From Anaerotignum sp. (GTDB lineage Bacteria; Bacillota; Clostridia; Lachnospirales; Anaerotignaceae), in contig JAHHTX010000001.1 of NCBI GenBank assembly GCA_020024255.1, positions 2,200-66,199 of the forward strand: DNA of 64,000 nt, in the 5' to 3' direction. Below the pieces are notes generated by a model. That model was not told the origin of the DNA. It saw only the letters and a program-made list of their open reading frames with translations, and searched no databases. Below, one piece after another: positions 10,509-19,842 of this stretch. A program made the position numbers and the translations under genes. Numbering within the stretch: the stretch's first letter is position 1; each line of letters opens with the position of its first letter.

Positions 10509-11015
10509 ATGAAGTTGGAAATGGCTCAATTATTCGGAAAAAACGGTGCATCTATGCCTGTTTCTTTATGCGAGCAAATGGAAGATTGTTCAGTGTATCC
10601 CGATGTTGTGGGTTTTATGGAGCCTGTAAAAATAGAAGGAACACTCAGAAACGAAAACGAGATTTTCGTTTTGGAGGCAAAAGGGAAAACAAAGGTCGAA
10701 ATCCCTTGTGACCGTTGCCTAACACCGGTCTTGGTTGAGGTTACCTTCAATATTGAGGAGCGTTTTTCCCATACAGGCAGAGATAACGAAGAGACAGAAA
10801 CTTTTTCGGGAGATCGGATTGATCTTACGGATTTTGTCAGAAGCGGGATTGTGGAGAATCTTCCCATGAAAGTGGTTTGTAGCGAGAACTGCAAAGGACT
10901 CTGCCCTGTCTGCGGCAAGGATTTGAACAAAGGAGATTGCGGATGTGATACTACGGAGTTTGATCCAAGATTTGAAAGTTTAAGGGCTCTTTTCAATGTT
11001 GATGAGGAGGTGTAG
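10509..11015 (+). CDS. DUF177/YceD family protein
   Basis: PCDRCL, CSENCKGLCPVCG, DPRF; directly upstream of rpmF. Confidence 0.92.
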   Translation: MKLEMAQLFGKNGASMPVSLCEQMEDCSVYPDVVGFMEPVKIEGTLRNENEIFVLEAKGKTKVEIPCDRCLTPVLVEVTFNIEERFSHTGRDNEETETFSGDRIDLTDFVRSGIVENLPMKVVCSENCKGLCPVCGKDLNKGDCGCDTTEFDPRFESLRALFNVDEEV

Positions 11016-11017
11016 AA

Positions 11018-11197
11018 ATGGCTGTACCCAAGGGACGAGTATCGAAATCTAAAAGAGATAAAAGAAAAGCACAGAGCTGGAAGATTGCAACACCCAGCCT
11101 GGTAAAATGCAGCAAGTGTGGTGAACTGATGGTTCCTCATCAGGTTTGCAAGGCTTGTGGTGCATATAACAAAAAGACAATCGTTAAGGTTGACTAA
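11018..11197 (+). CDS. rpmF: 50S ribosomal protein L32 (59 aa; absent from the ORF track)
   Basis: Manual translation MAVPKGRVSKSKRDKRKAQSWKIATPSLVKCSKCGELMVPHQVCKACGAYNKKTIVKVD; GAGGAGG RBS. Confidence 0.97.
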   Translation: MAVPKGRVSKSKRDKRKAQSWKIATPSLVKCSKCGELMVPHQVCKACGAYNKKTIVKVD

Positions 11198-11210
11198 GTT
11201 GTGTATGGAA

Positions 11211-11237
11211 AAGACGGTAGAAATGCCGTCTTTTTTT
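11211..11237 (+). terminator. Intrinsic terminator after rpmF
   Basis: AAGACGGTA-GAAA-TGCCGTCTT followed by T-run. Confidence 0.85.
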
Positions 11238-11544
11238 ATATCAATGGGAATCTCCAAAAGGAAAGCACATATGTATTTTTTTGGGAAATTTAAGGAAAAT
11301 GAAGAAGAATGATTATCGAATTTTGCATAATATGGTATACTACTACGAAGGAAAAATAATTGTTAAACGCTGTTGATTTTATACAGTTTTTTCCTGTAAA
11401 TAAAGGTGAAATTTAGCAGTCATTCATTTCTGCCGGCATGAAAACGAAAGACGCTTTTTTATACAAAATAGGTAGAATGTCTATGGAAATCTGTTAGAAA
11501 AGAGATTATTATTTTATTTATAAGTTTTTAAAAAGGGTGATAGT

Positions 11545-14055
11545 ATGGCAAAAAATCATGACGGCCCAAGCTTTATGGTTCGTCTGGCAACATTGATTGT
11601 AGATAAAAGGAATTTATTTTTTCTTATATATGGTGCGGCGATTATTTTTTCGCTAGTATCAAGCAGATGGACAGCAGTAAACAACGATTTGACTTCCTAT
11701 CTTCCAAAAGAAACGGAAACAAGACAAGGTCTTGATTTAATGGAAAAGGAATTTACGACTTTTGCCACTGCAAGAGTTATGGTCAATAATATTACATATC
11801 AACAAGCAGAGGATATTGCAAAGGAGTTAGAGGAAGTATCCGGTGTGAAAGAAGCTTTATTCGATGAAACCCAAGACCATTATATTGGGGCGGCGGCGAT
11901 GTTTAGCGTGACTTTTGACGGAGAAGTGGAAGATGATGTGTCAAAAGAGGCTCTGGAGGATATTCGCTCTCTTTTAAAGCCTTATGACGTATACATATCA
12001 ACAGAAGTAGGTAACGACCGATCGGCTGCATTGGCTGAAGAAATGAAGATGATTATGGTCATTGCAGGCGTGATTATTGTTAGTGTACTGCTTTTGACTT
12101 CTAAAACATATATGGAAATTCCTGTACTACTTCTTACTTTTGGTACAGCGGCAATTCTCAATAAGGGAACAAATTTCTTTTTTGGGGAAATTTCCTTTAT
12201 TTCTGATTCTGTAACGGTAGTATTGCAGTTGGCACTTGCCATTGACTATGCCATTATTCTTTGCCACAGATATAGTGAAGAACGGCAGAAAATGGAGCCA
12301 AGAGAAGCAGTTATCATTGCCTTGAGCAAAGCAATACCGGAAATTTCTGCCAGTAGCTTGACCACAATTTCCGGTATGATGGCTCTGATGTTTATGAAAT
12401 TTGGCATTGGTTATGACTTGGGTCGTGTACTGATAAAGGCCATATTGTTTAGTTTGTTATCGGTATTTACGTTGATGCCCGGTTTGTTGGTGCTATTCAG
12501 TAAGGGGATAGACCGTACACACCATCAAAATTTTGTACCGAATATTGAAGGAATTGGACGGATTATTATTAAATTCCAATATGTTGTACCACCTATTTTT
12601 TTGGTGGCAATTTTGATTGGATTTAAATTGTCGTCTATGTGCCCTTATGCTTATGGCTATACCAATATTACTTCCATTCAGGAAAGTGAACAGACCATCG
12701 CTGACCATAAGGTAAACGATACTTTTGGGGCACAGAATACCTTAGCAGTAGTTATACCAAAAGGTGACTATGACAAAGAACGTGCATTGCTTGCAAAATT
12801 GGAAAGTCACCCGGAAGTAAAGTCTGCCCTTGGGATTGCCAATGCAGAGGCTGAAGACGATTACAAGCTGGCAGATGAACTGACGCCAAGGCAGTTTGCA
12901 GAAATGCTTGATTTGGACGTGGAAGTTGCAAATCTGTTATATACAGCCTATGGATTGAAAGAACAAGAATATGGATATGTAGCAAACCTAGATAAATATA
13001 AGGTTCCGCTTATAGATATGTTCCTTTTTGTCCATGAAGAAGCCGACAAGGGTTATGTGGAACTAGATGAGGATTTGAAACAGGATTTGGATGATGCTTA
13101 TGAAAAAATAAGTGATGCACAAAAACAGCTGCAAGGAGAGGAATACACCCGTTTGGTTTTGGATTTGGGTTTGCCAGAAGAAGGGGAAAAGACATTTGCG
13201 TTCTTAAATGGTGAGTTAAGAGATGATGTAAAGCAGTATTATGACGATTTTCTTCTTGTAGGAAATACCACTAGCGATTACGACTTATCATCTTCTTTTA
13301 GCCGGGATAATGTCATGATTAGTATTCTTTCTATTGTATTTGTTATTTTGGTACTATTGTTTACCTTTCAGTCAGTGGGCTTGCCTATTCTACTGATTTT
13401 GGTTATTCAGGGGAGTGTATGGATTAACTTTTCCTTCCCATATTTGATGAAAAGTCCATTGTTCTTCCTCAGCTATTTGGTTGTAAGTTCCATTCAGATG
13501 GGGGCAAATATCGACTATGCCATTGTAATTTCCAGTCGTTATATGGACTTGAAAAAGGAGTTGCCGCCGAAAAAAGCAATTAGTGTAGCATTGAATCAGG
13601 CATTTCCTACCATTATTACTTCCGGTTCCATGCTGGCAGCAGCAGGACTCTTAATTGGGTTTATCTCCTCTGATCCCACTGTTGCATCTATTGGGATATG
13701 CTTGGGACGAGGCACAATTTTGTCTATTTTCTTGGTTATGTTGGTACTGCCGGAAATCCTTTTACTGGGAGATACCATTATCGAACGTACAAAGTTTGAT
13801 ATTAAGCCACCGGAAATTACACATGAGGCCAACAGTGCAATGCGTTTAAATGGACACATTCGTGGATATGTCAATGGTGTTATGGATGCAAAAGTACAGG
13901 GCATTATTCGTGGTGATATTCATGCCATATTGAATACAGGGACATTGCCGGAAGATGGACAGCATCTTTTGAAACGAGAAAATTTAGAAGATTTTATTCC
14001 GGAAGAAGAAAAGGAAAAGAAAGGGGGCGAAACAGATGAATCAAACAAGGTATAA
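11545..14055 (+). CDS. MMPL/RND family transporter
   Basis: Two TM bundles with LALAIDYAI and MGANIDYAI motifs and two extracytoplasmic loops. Confidence 0.9.
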   Translation: MAKNHDGPSFMVRLATLIVDKRNLFFLIYGAAIIFSLVSSRWTAVNNDLTSYLPKETETRQGLDLMEKEFTTFATARVMVNNITYQQAEDIAKELEEVSGVKEALFDETQDHYIGAAAMFSVTFDGEVEDDVSKEALEDIRSLLKPYDVYISTEVGNDRSAALAEEMKMIMVIAGVIIVSVLLLTSKTYMEIPVLLLTFGTAAILNKGTNFFFGEISFISDSVTVVLQLALAIDYAIILCHRYSEERQKMEPREAVIIALSKAIPEISASSLTTISGMMALMFMKFGIGYDLGRVLIKAILFSLLSVFTLMPGLLVLFSKGIDRTHHQNFVPNIEGIGRIIIKFQYVVPPIFLVAILIGFKLSSMCPYAYGYTNITSIQESEQTIADHKVNDTFGAQNTLAVVIPKGDYDKERALLAKLESHPEVKSALGIANAEAEDDYKLADELTPRQFAEMLDLDVEVANLLYTAYGLKEQEYGYVANLDKYKVPLIDMFLFVHEEADKGYVELDEDLKQDLDDAYEKISDAQKQLQGEEYTRLVLDLGLPEEGEKTFAFLNGELRDDVKQYYDDFLLVGNTTSDYDLSSSFSRDNVMISILSIVFVILVLLFTFQSVGLPILLILVIQGSVWINFSFPYLMKSPLFFLSYLVVSSIQMGANIDYAIVISSRYMDLKKELPPKKAISVALNQAFPTIITSGSMLAAAGLLIGFISSDPTVASIGICLGRGTILSIFLVMLVLPEILLLGDTIIERTKFDIKPPEITHEANSAMRLNGHIRGYVNGVMDAKVQGIIRGDIHAILNTGTLPEDGQHLLKRENLEDFIPEEEKEKKGGETDESNKV

Positions 14056-17000
14056 ACGATGGATTGCATTTTTTCTAACAGTACTTATTGCAGTTAGTGT
14101 GCCATTTACACCTCAGGCATTGGCATCAGATGGCGGGAATGTTATTTCCATTTCTTCGGAAAAAGATTGGGCTGATTTTATCAAAAACTGCAAATTGGAC
14201 AGTTGGTCACAGGGAAAAAGCGTTGTACTTAATACGGATTTGAATTTAAATGGAAAATTTCGCCCTGTTCCTATTTTTTGCGGCAGTTTTGACGGTAACG
14301 GACACAGTATTCATATTGGCACTTACCGTTCCTCTGCATCAGATATGGGTGTTTTCCGCTACCTGACAGCGGGGGCAGAAGTGAAAAACTTACAGGTGAC
14401 AGGAACTTGGGCGGTATCCGGCAGCAAAGATGCTGTGGGTGGTATCGTGGGAAACAACAGTGGCACAGTTTCTGCATCTACTTTTAAAGGTGTCGTGGAA
14501 GGAAGAAATAATATTGGTGGTATTGTTGGGATTAACGAAGAAACAGGCATCATTGCAGATTGCACAGTCCTTGGAAAAATTGAAGGGGAACATTATGCCG
14601 GAGGAATTGCAGGACAAAATTTGGGCAGAATTCTGAGAAGCAGAAATGAAAGTTCTGTCAATACAGAAGGGGAAAATGTGAAAACATCTTTAGATGAAAT
14701 TGATGTATCAAAAATCAACAGTACAGAGAATGTTTCCGCTTATACAGATATTGGCGGTATTACGGGATTTTCCAGTGGTCTTTTGGAGGACTGTGAGAAT
14801 ATCGGTACCATTGGGTATCCCCGCATAGGCTATAATGTGGGTGGTATTGCTGGCAGACAGTCGGGACAGATACGGAAATGTGAAAACAAAGGTAAGGTAT
14901 ATGGGAGAAAAGATATTGGTGGTATAGTCGGACAGATGGAGCCATATTTGACATTGAAATTTGGCAAAGATGATTTGGAACGCCTTCTTGATGCTTTTAC
15001 GGGACTGCAAAAGCTTATGGATGGTCTGTTAGATGATACACAGGACACGGGAAATGCTTTTTCAGCCCGTATGCAGAATATTTCCGCATTGACAAACGAT
15101 GCCAGAGGAAATGCGGATTATCTCATTAAGCATACACAGGATTATGTGGAAGAAAGTTTGCTTATTGTCAATGACATGGCAGAGCGGGCAGATGGTTTTA
15201 TTTATGATATGAACAGAGCTATGCAGCAGGGTGATGTACTTTCGGAAGAAATACAAGATGTGTTTTCACAGATGCATCGTTTGACGGACAAGATGCAGGA
15301 CGCAGCAGAGTCTGGAGAAAAGATTTTTGCACACACCAAGGAAAGCATAGATATTTTGGAACCTGCGATGGATTCCTATTTGGATATTTTGGGTAATGTA
15401 AAAAATAGTGCAATAGGTGTTGTACAGAAGGCAAAAAAAGTTCTGGAGAGTTTGAAAAATGCGGCGGGAAGTATACCAAAACCGGAACTTCCAAAACCAC
15501 CACAGAAACCGCCTGTTGATGGTGGAGATGGGGCAGAAGGGAACAGTAATGGAGGTAATGGAGGTAATCTTCCTCATCTTCCGACTGTGCCCGATACAGA
15601 GAAACAAAATGTGCAGGCGGCAGTGCAGGAATTGAAGAATGCTTTGTCAAGTTTAAATAATGCCATAAACAGTTGGCAATCAAAAGGTGGCGAACTGCGG
15701 GATTCCATGAAAGATGCCAAAAAAGAAGTGGAGAAGGCATTGAACAGCGGAAGTGATATGGCAGAAGAACTGGGTGCATCGCTTTCTCACTTGGACGATG
15801 CGATATCGGAAATGGAAGATGTGGAGCAGAAAGCGGCTGATATTACAGGCAGACTGCAAGACGCAGTGGAAAGCTTTCAGGCAGGGGGAACACCGCAGTT
15901 TCCTGTGCCGGGGGCAAAGTTTAGAGAAAATTCTGACGAACTTTTAGACCGCACCGGCGAAATTTTAGATGAAGTCGATGGATTGGTAGACGATATGGAT
16001 GAAAAAGGAGATATTCTGATTGAAGATCTTCGTGCCATGAATCGTCAAATGGGAACAATCATTGATATTATGCACGATATTTATAAAGCGGTATTAGATG
16101 AAGATAATTCTGATGAGCGGTATGAAGATGTTTCTGAGGCAGAAAATACTTCTCCGGAAGGCGTTGTAGAGCAATGCCGAAACTATGGCATTGTAGAAGG
16201 TGACGTAGATGTAGGCGGTATCAGTGGTGTGATTGGTGTGGAATATGACTTTGACCCTGAAGATGATTTGGAGAAAAAAGGAAAAAGATCTTTGGATGTA
16301 CACTATCAGACAAAGGCGATACTGCGGAGTTCCATAAACCATGGAGCTGTCACGGGTAAGAAGGATTATATTGGCGGAATTGTTGGATACATGAAAATGG
16401 GTAGTCTTTCCCAATGTGAGGCCTACGGAAAAGTAATCAGCCAAAATGGCGATTATGTGGGCGGCATTGCAGGACAGAGCGATTCTGTCATTCGAAAAAG
16501 TGCAGCAAAGGTTATTTTGGAAGGGGGAAAATATATTGGCGGCATTGCAGGACAGGGTAATGATATTTTGAAATGTGGTGCAATGGTAGACATTGCAAAG
16601 GCAGATGAGGGAATTGGCACTATTGCAGGCAATGCAGAAGGAGAATTTTCTGATAACTATTTTGTAGAGTGTGAATGGGGCGGTATTGATGACATCAGCT
16701 ATGCAGGAAAAGCTGAACCTATGGCCTATGAGGACTTCATACAACTGGAAGGACTGCCGGAGCGTTTCCGTTCTTTCTATTTGACCTTTATCGCAGACGG
16801 AAAAATTCTTGCGGATTTGGCATACCCATACGGTGCAGAAGTGAGCAGTCAGGAAATTCCGAAAATTCCTTTGAAAAAGGGCTGTTCAGGAAAATGGGAG
16901 GATTTGCCAAAGACCGTTACCTTTGACCGTATTTTGGAGGCGGTATATACCCAGAATAATTCTTCTATTGCATCTAAAGAAAAATGTGATGATGGTGTGA

Positions 17001-17425
17001 AGTCGGTTATGTTGGCAGAAGGCAGCTTTGCAGAAGATGATGTGATTACGCTGACACCGCTTTCCGAAAAAGAAGCAGGCGTGACAGAAGGTGGTACATA
17101 TGCCGAAGGCTGGAAGGTCAAATTGCCTGATGATGGCAAGAAAGAGCATTTGATTCGTTACTGTGTACCGGAAGGAAAAGGCAGAGTACACTTGTATCAA
17201 CTGACTGAGCAAGGTGCAAAGAAGCTGTCTGTGGACAGAGATGGTCAATACTTATGCTTCCCCATGAAGGGAAATGAATTTACCATTTACAGCACACGCA
17301 GTTCTAACGCAGGTATTGCACTTCTGATTAGCTGTGGTATTGCGGCTGTAGTTGTGATTTGCATACATAAAAAACGCAAAAAAATTAAGAAATTTGTAGG
17401 TGAAAGTCAAGAGGATAAGGTGTAA
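14036..17425 (+). CDS. Large membrane-anchored exported protein with GLUG-type (GGIVG/GGIAG) repeats and central coiled coil
   Basis: Signal peptide, many xGGIxG repeats, ~400 aa helical middle, C-terminal TM + basic tail; overlaps the MMPL gene end. Confidence 0.8.
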   Translation: MNQTRYKRWIAFFLTVLIAVSVPFTPQALASDGGNVISISSEKDWADFIKNCKLDSWSQGKSVVLNTDLNLNGKFRPVPIFCGSFDGNGHSIHIGTYRSSASDMGVFRYLTAGAEVKNLQVTGTWAVSGSKDAVGGIVGNNSGTVSASTFKGVVEGRNNIGGIVGINEETGIIADCTVLGKIEGEHYAGGIAGQNLGRILRSRNESSVNTEGENVKTSLDEIDVSKINSTENVSAYTDIGGITGFSSGLLEDCENIGTIGYPRIGYNVGGIAGRQSGQIRKCENKGKVYGRKDIGGIVGQMEPYLTLKFGKDDLERLLDAFTGLQKLMDGLLDDTQDTGNAFSARMQNISALTNDARGNADYLIKHTQDYVEESLLIVNDMAERADGFIYDMNRAMQQGDVLSEEIQDVFSQMHRLTDKMQDAAESGEKIFAHTKESIDILEPAMDSYLDILGNVKNSAIGVVQKAKKVLESLKNAAGSIPKPELPKPPQKPPVDGGDGAEGNSNGGNGGNLPHLPTVPDTEKQNVQAAVQELKNALSSLNNAINSWQSKGGELRDSMKDAKKEVEKALNSGSDMAEELGASLSHLDDAISEMEDVEQKAADITGRLQDAVESFQAGGTPQFPVPGAKFRENSDELLDRTGEILDEVDGLVDDMDEKGDILIEDLRAMNRQMGTIIDIMHDIYKAVLDEDNSDERYEDVSEAENTSPEGVVEQCRNYGIVEGDVDVGGISGVIGVEYDFDPEDDLEKKGKRSLDVHYQTKAILRSSINHGAVTGKKDYIGGIVGYMKMGSLSQCEAYGKVISQNGDYVGGIAGQSDSVIRKSAAKVILEGGKYIGGIAGQGNDILKCGAMVDIAKADEGIGTIAGNAEGEFSDNYFVECEWGGIDDISYAGKAEPMAYEDFIQLEGLPERFRSFYLTFIADGKILADLAYPYGAEVSSQEIPKIPLKKGCSGKWEDLPKTVTFDRILEAVYTQNNSSIASKEKCDDGVKSVMLAEGSFAEDDVITLTPLSEKEAGVTEGGTYAEGWKVKLPDDGKKEHLIRYCVPEGKGRVHLYQLTEQGAKKLSVDRDGQYLCFPMKGNEFTIYSTRSSNAGIALLISCGIAAVVVICIHKKRKKIKKFVGESQEDKV

Positions 17426-17426
17426 A

Positions 17427-17464
17427 ATAAAGCTGTATGGTACAGGTGTACCATACAGCTTTAT
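17427..17464. terminator. Perfect 18-bp inverted repeat / terminator
   Basis: ATAAAGCTGTATGGTACA-GG-TGTACCATACAGCTTTAT immediately after the stop codon. Confidence 0.75.
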
Positions 17465-17520
17465 ACATGAAGTGAAAATACAGCAGAATTTTTTTGATTT
17501 TGCAGAATAGGGGGAGAAAT

Positions 17521-19143
17521 ATGAAAAAGAAAATCTTTTTGGTGGCGGCTGTGGTATGTATGCTGTGCAGCCAGACAGTATGGGGAGCAGAGTTTTCCGA
17601 TGTGCCTGCCAATCACTGGGCATATCAGGAAGTTAAAAAAGCAAGTGAAATTGGTTTTATCAGCGGTGTAGAACAAGGGCGTTTTGGACTTGGACAGACT
17701 GTGACAAGAGGGCAGTTTGTTTCCATGATGTGCCGTATGTTCGGTTGGGAAAAGGCCGCAAGTGAAAGTGGGTCTTTTTCGGATAATCAGGATAAAAATG
17801 CTTGGTATTTTCAGAGCATTGAAACAGCAGTAAAGCACAAAGCAGTGGACGCAGGAGGAGAGTTTAGACCCAATGATCCCATTACCCGTGAGGAAATGGC
17901 GGTGATGCTGGTGAAGGGCTTGGGTTATGACAGCCTTGCAGAAGATGCGGAAAAAGACAACCGTTTTACTGATGTATCTGCCAATAAAGGATATATTAAC
18001 CTTGCCTATGATTTTGGCATTGTCAGTGGAAAAGGTGAAGGACAGTTTTTGCCACAGGGAACAGCGACAAGAGAAGAAGCGGCAGCCATGATGATACGCT
18101 GTTTTGACAAGATGCACGGTGATACAAATTTTGTACATGGATTTTATGCTTTTTCTTCCTACGGGCAGAAAGATGTTGCAAAGGAAATGGATGCGGTATC
18201 CTTTGGTTGGAGCCGCATGGAATATCGGGACGGCGAAGGCGTTGTGGTGAATACATTATCTGATAATGGCAATGAATGGACAGTACCAGAAGGCTATGAG
18301 CAGATTGTTAATGAATTGCAGGCAAATGGCGTACAGACCAACCTCAATGTATTCCTTTCTGACATAGCCACAGCAGAGAAAATACTGGGAAATGCGGAAA
18401 ACAGAACAGCGGCGGTTAATGGTATTTTGGAAGAAGTTACGGTGCCCTATAAGAAATTGGGCAAAAATCCTTACATGGGTGTGACCATTGATTTTGAGGG
18501 ACTCAGAGGAAGTGCCATGAAACAGAATTTTACGGCATTCCTTGGTGAACTGGACGGAAAACTGGAGGCAAAAGGGAAAAAACTCTATGTGGCGGTGCAT
18601 CCTGCAACAAAAGACGGCATATATTACGACGGATATGATTTTAAGGCCATTGGGGAATTGGCAGATAAGGTCATTTTAATGGCATATGATTATGAAGCAA
18701 AGGGTGTTTCCAAAGAGGTACAGGACAGCGGCTTTACCACAACACCTGTAACACCTTTTCCCGAAGTTTATCATGGGCTAAAAGTAATTGGAGATAAAAA
18801 CACTGGGATTGCCGATAAAAATAAAATTGTTTTGGGGATAAGTCCTTCTGCCAATGTGGAGTGGGATGTGAAAAATGGTGCTATTGTCAATGAAAAAGGA
18901 ATTCAAAATAATTACCAAACCATTCAAACTTATATACAAAATGGGGCAAAAGCAGGATATTCCGAAAAGTATAAAAATCCTTATTTAGAAGTGCAAGATG
19001 GTGATACCAAAAAGATTATCTGGTATGAAGACAGCAGAAGCATTGCGGATAAGAAGGCATTGATGCAGATGATGGGCGTGAAGGGGATTTCCTTATGGAG
19101 ATTGGGATTAATTCCTGAGGAGATTTTGAACGAGGTACAATAA
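17521..19143 (+). CDS. S-layer homology domain protein with GH18 glycosyl hydrolase domain
   Basis: Signal peptide; three SLH repeats (FSDVPANHWA..TRGQF, PITREEM, ATREEA); GVTIDFE, ILMAYD, GISLWRLG. Confidence 0.87.
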   Translation: MKKKIFLVAAVVCMLCSQTVWGAEFSDVPANHWAYQEVKKASEIGFISGVEQGRFGLGQTVTRGQFVSMMCRMFGWEKAASESGSFSDNQDKNAWYFQSIETAVKHKAVDAGGEFRPNDPITREEMAVMLVKGLGYDSLAEDAEKDNRFTDVSANKGYINLAYDFGIVSGKGEGQFLPQGTATREEAAAMMIRCFDKMHGDTNFVHGFYAFSSYGQKDVAKEMDAVSFGWSRMEYRDGEGVVVNTLSDNGNEWTVPEGYEQIVNELQANGVQTNLNVFLSDIATAEKILGNAENRTAAVNGILEEVTVPYKKLGKNPYMGVTIDFEGLRGSAMKQNFTAFLGELDGKLEAKGKKLYVAVHPATKDGIYYDGYDFKAIGELADKVILMAYDYEAKGVSKEVQDSGFTTTPVTPFPEVYHGLKVIGDKNTGIADKNKIVLGISPSANVEWDVKNGAIVNEKGIQNNYQTIQTYIQNGAKAGYSEKYKNPYLEVQDGDTKKIIWYEDSRSIADKKALMQMMGVKGISLWRLGLIPEEILNEVQ

Positions 19144-19151
19144 CGAAGCAG

Positions 19152-19192
19152 AAAAAAGGTATTGTCGTGAATATACGACAATGCCTTTTTTT
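19152..19192. terminator. Bidirectional intrinsic terminator
   Basis: AAAAAAGGTATTGTCGT-loop-ACGACAATGCCTTTTTTT. Confidence 0.85.
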
Positions 19193-19725
19193 AGCGTTTC
19201 TGCCAAAACGCCTTGTCAACACAAATTTGGTATTTGTTTTGATTATATATGTACATTACTGACAACTTTTCAGTATGTTGGAAATTTAGAAAACATAGGT
19301 AAGTTATTTCTATTTTTTTCGTACCAAGGATTTTGTAAAGGAATATTTTTATGTAAAGCCGTTGTTCCAGTACCAACTGTTTGATGAGAAACTGTTCTCC
19401 ATAGTTTATTTTTCACATGGATTTCATTTTTATTCAGTAAGATAATTCAGTGATTTTCAGGTTGGTGAAGGCTTGCCATCTGTTAGCAGATTTGTTGGTA
19501 CATTTTACTTTCAGAGGAATCATAGCCTCAAGAAAAAAATATCTTTTTTCCTTTTGCCGTTGCCTAAAAGACTGTTACTCAATATTCCTTTTGCTCCTTC
19601 CTGTAAAATCTGTATGTGTAATCCCAATATCATTTCCTGCTGTTCCGTGGAGGGAAAACCAGTCGGCAAGTTGGGTGGAAGAGGAAAAGTCACTTGGAAC
19701 AGATAACGGCAGAATCCCACACCAT

Positions 19726-19772
19726 TTAACATGCGTTTTACGCATATTTTCCATAAATTTGGTGGTTAAAAT
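19726..19772 (+). promoter_or_regulatory. Putative Pho box and -10 of the phn operon
   Basis: TTAACA/TTTACG/TTTCCA at exact 11-bp spacing (19726, 19737, 19748), TAAAAT at 19767. Confidence 0.55.
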
Positions 19773-19842
19773 TATCGTTTTCTTTTAGAATCGGAAGTGG
19801 CTAGTATCTATTACTGCAACAATCAAATTGGAGGTAAACATT

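Noticed and set aside
11380..11485. ATACA..TGT half-palindromes upstream of the MMPL gene as a TetR operator
   Set aside because: Too degenerate in AT-rich DNA and no regulator adjacent
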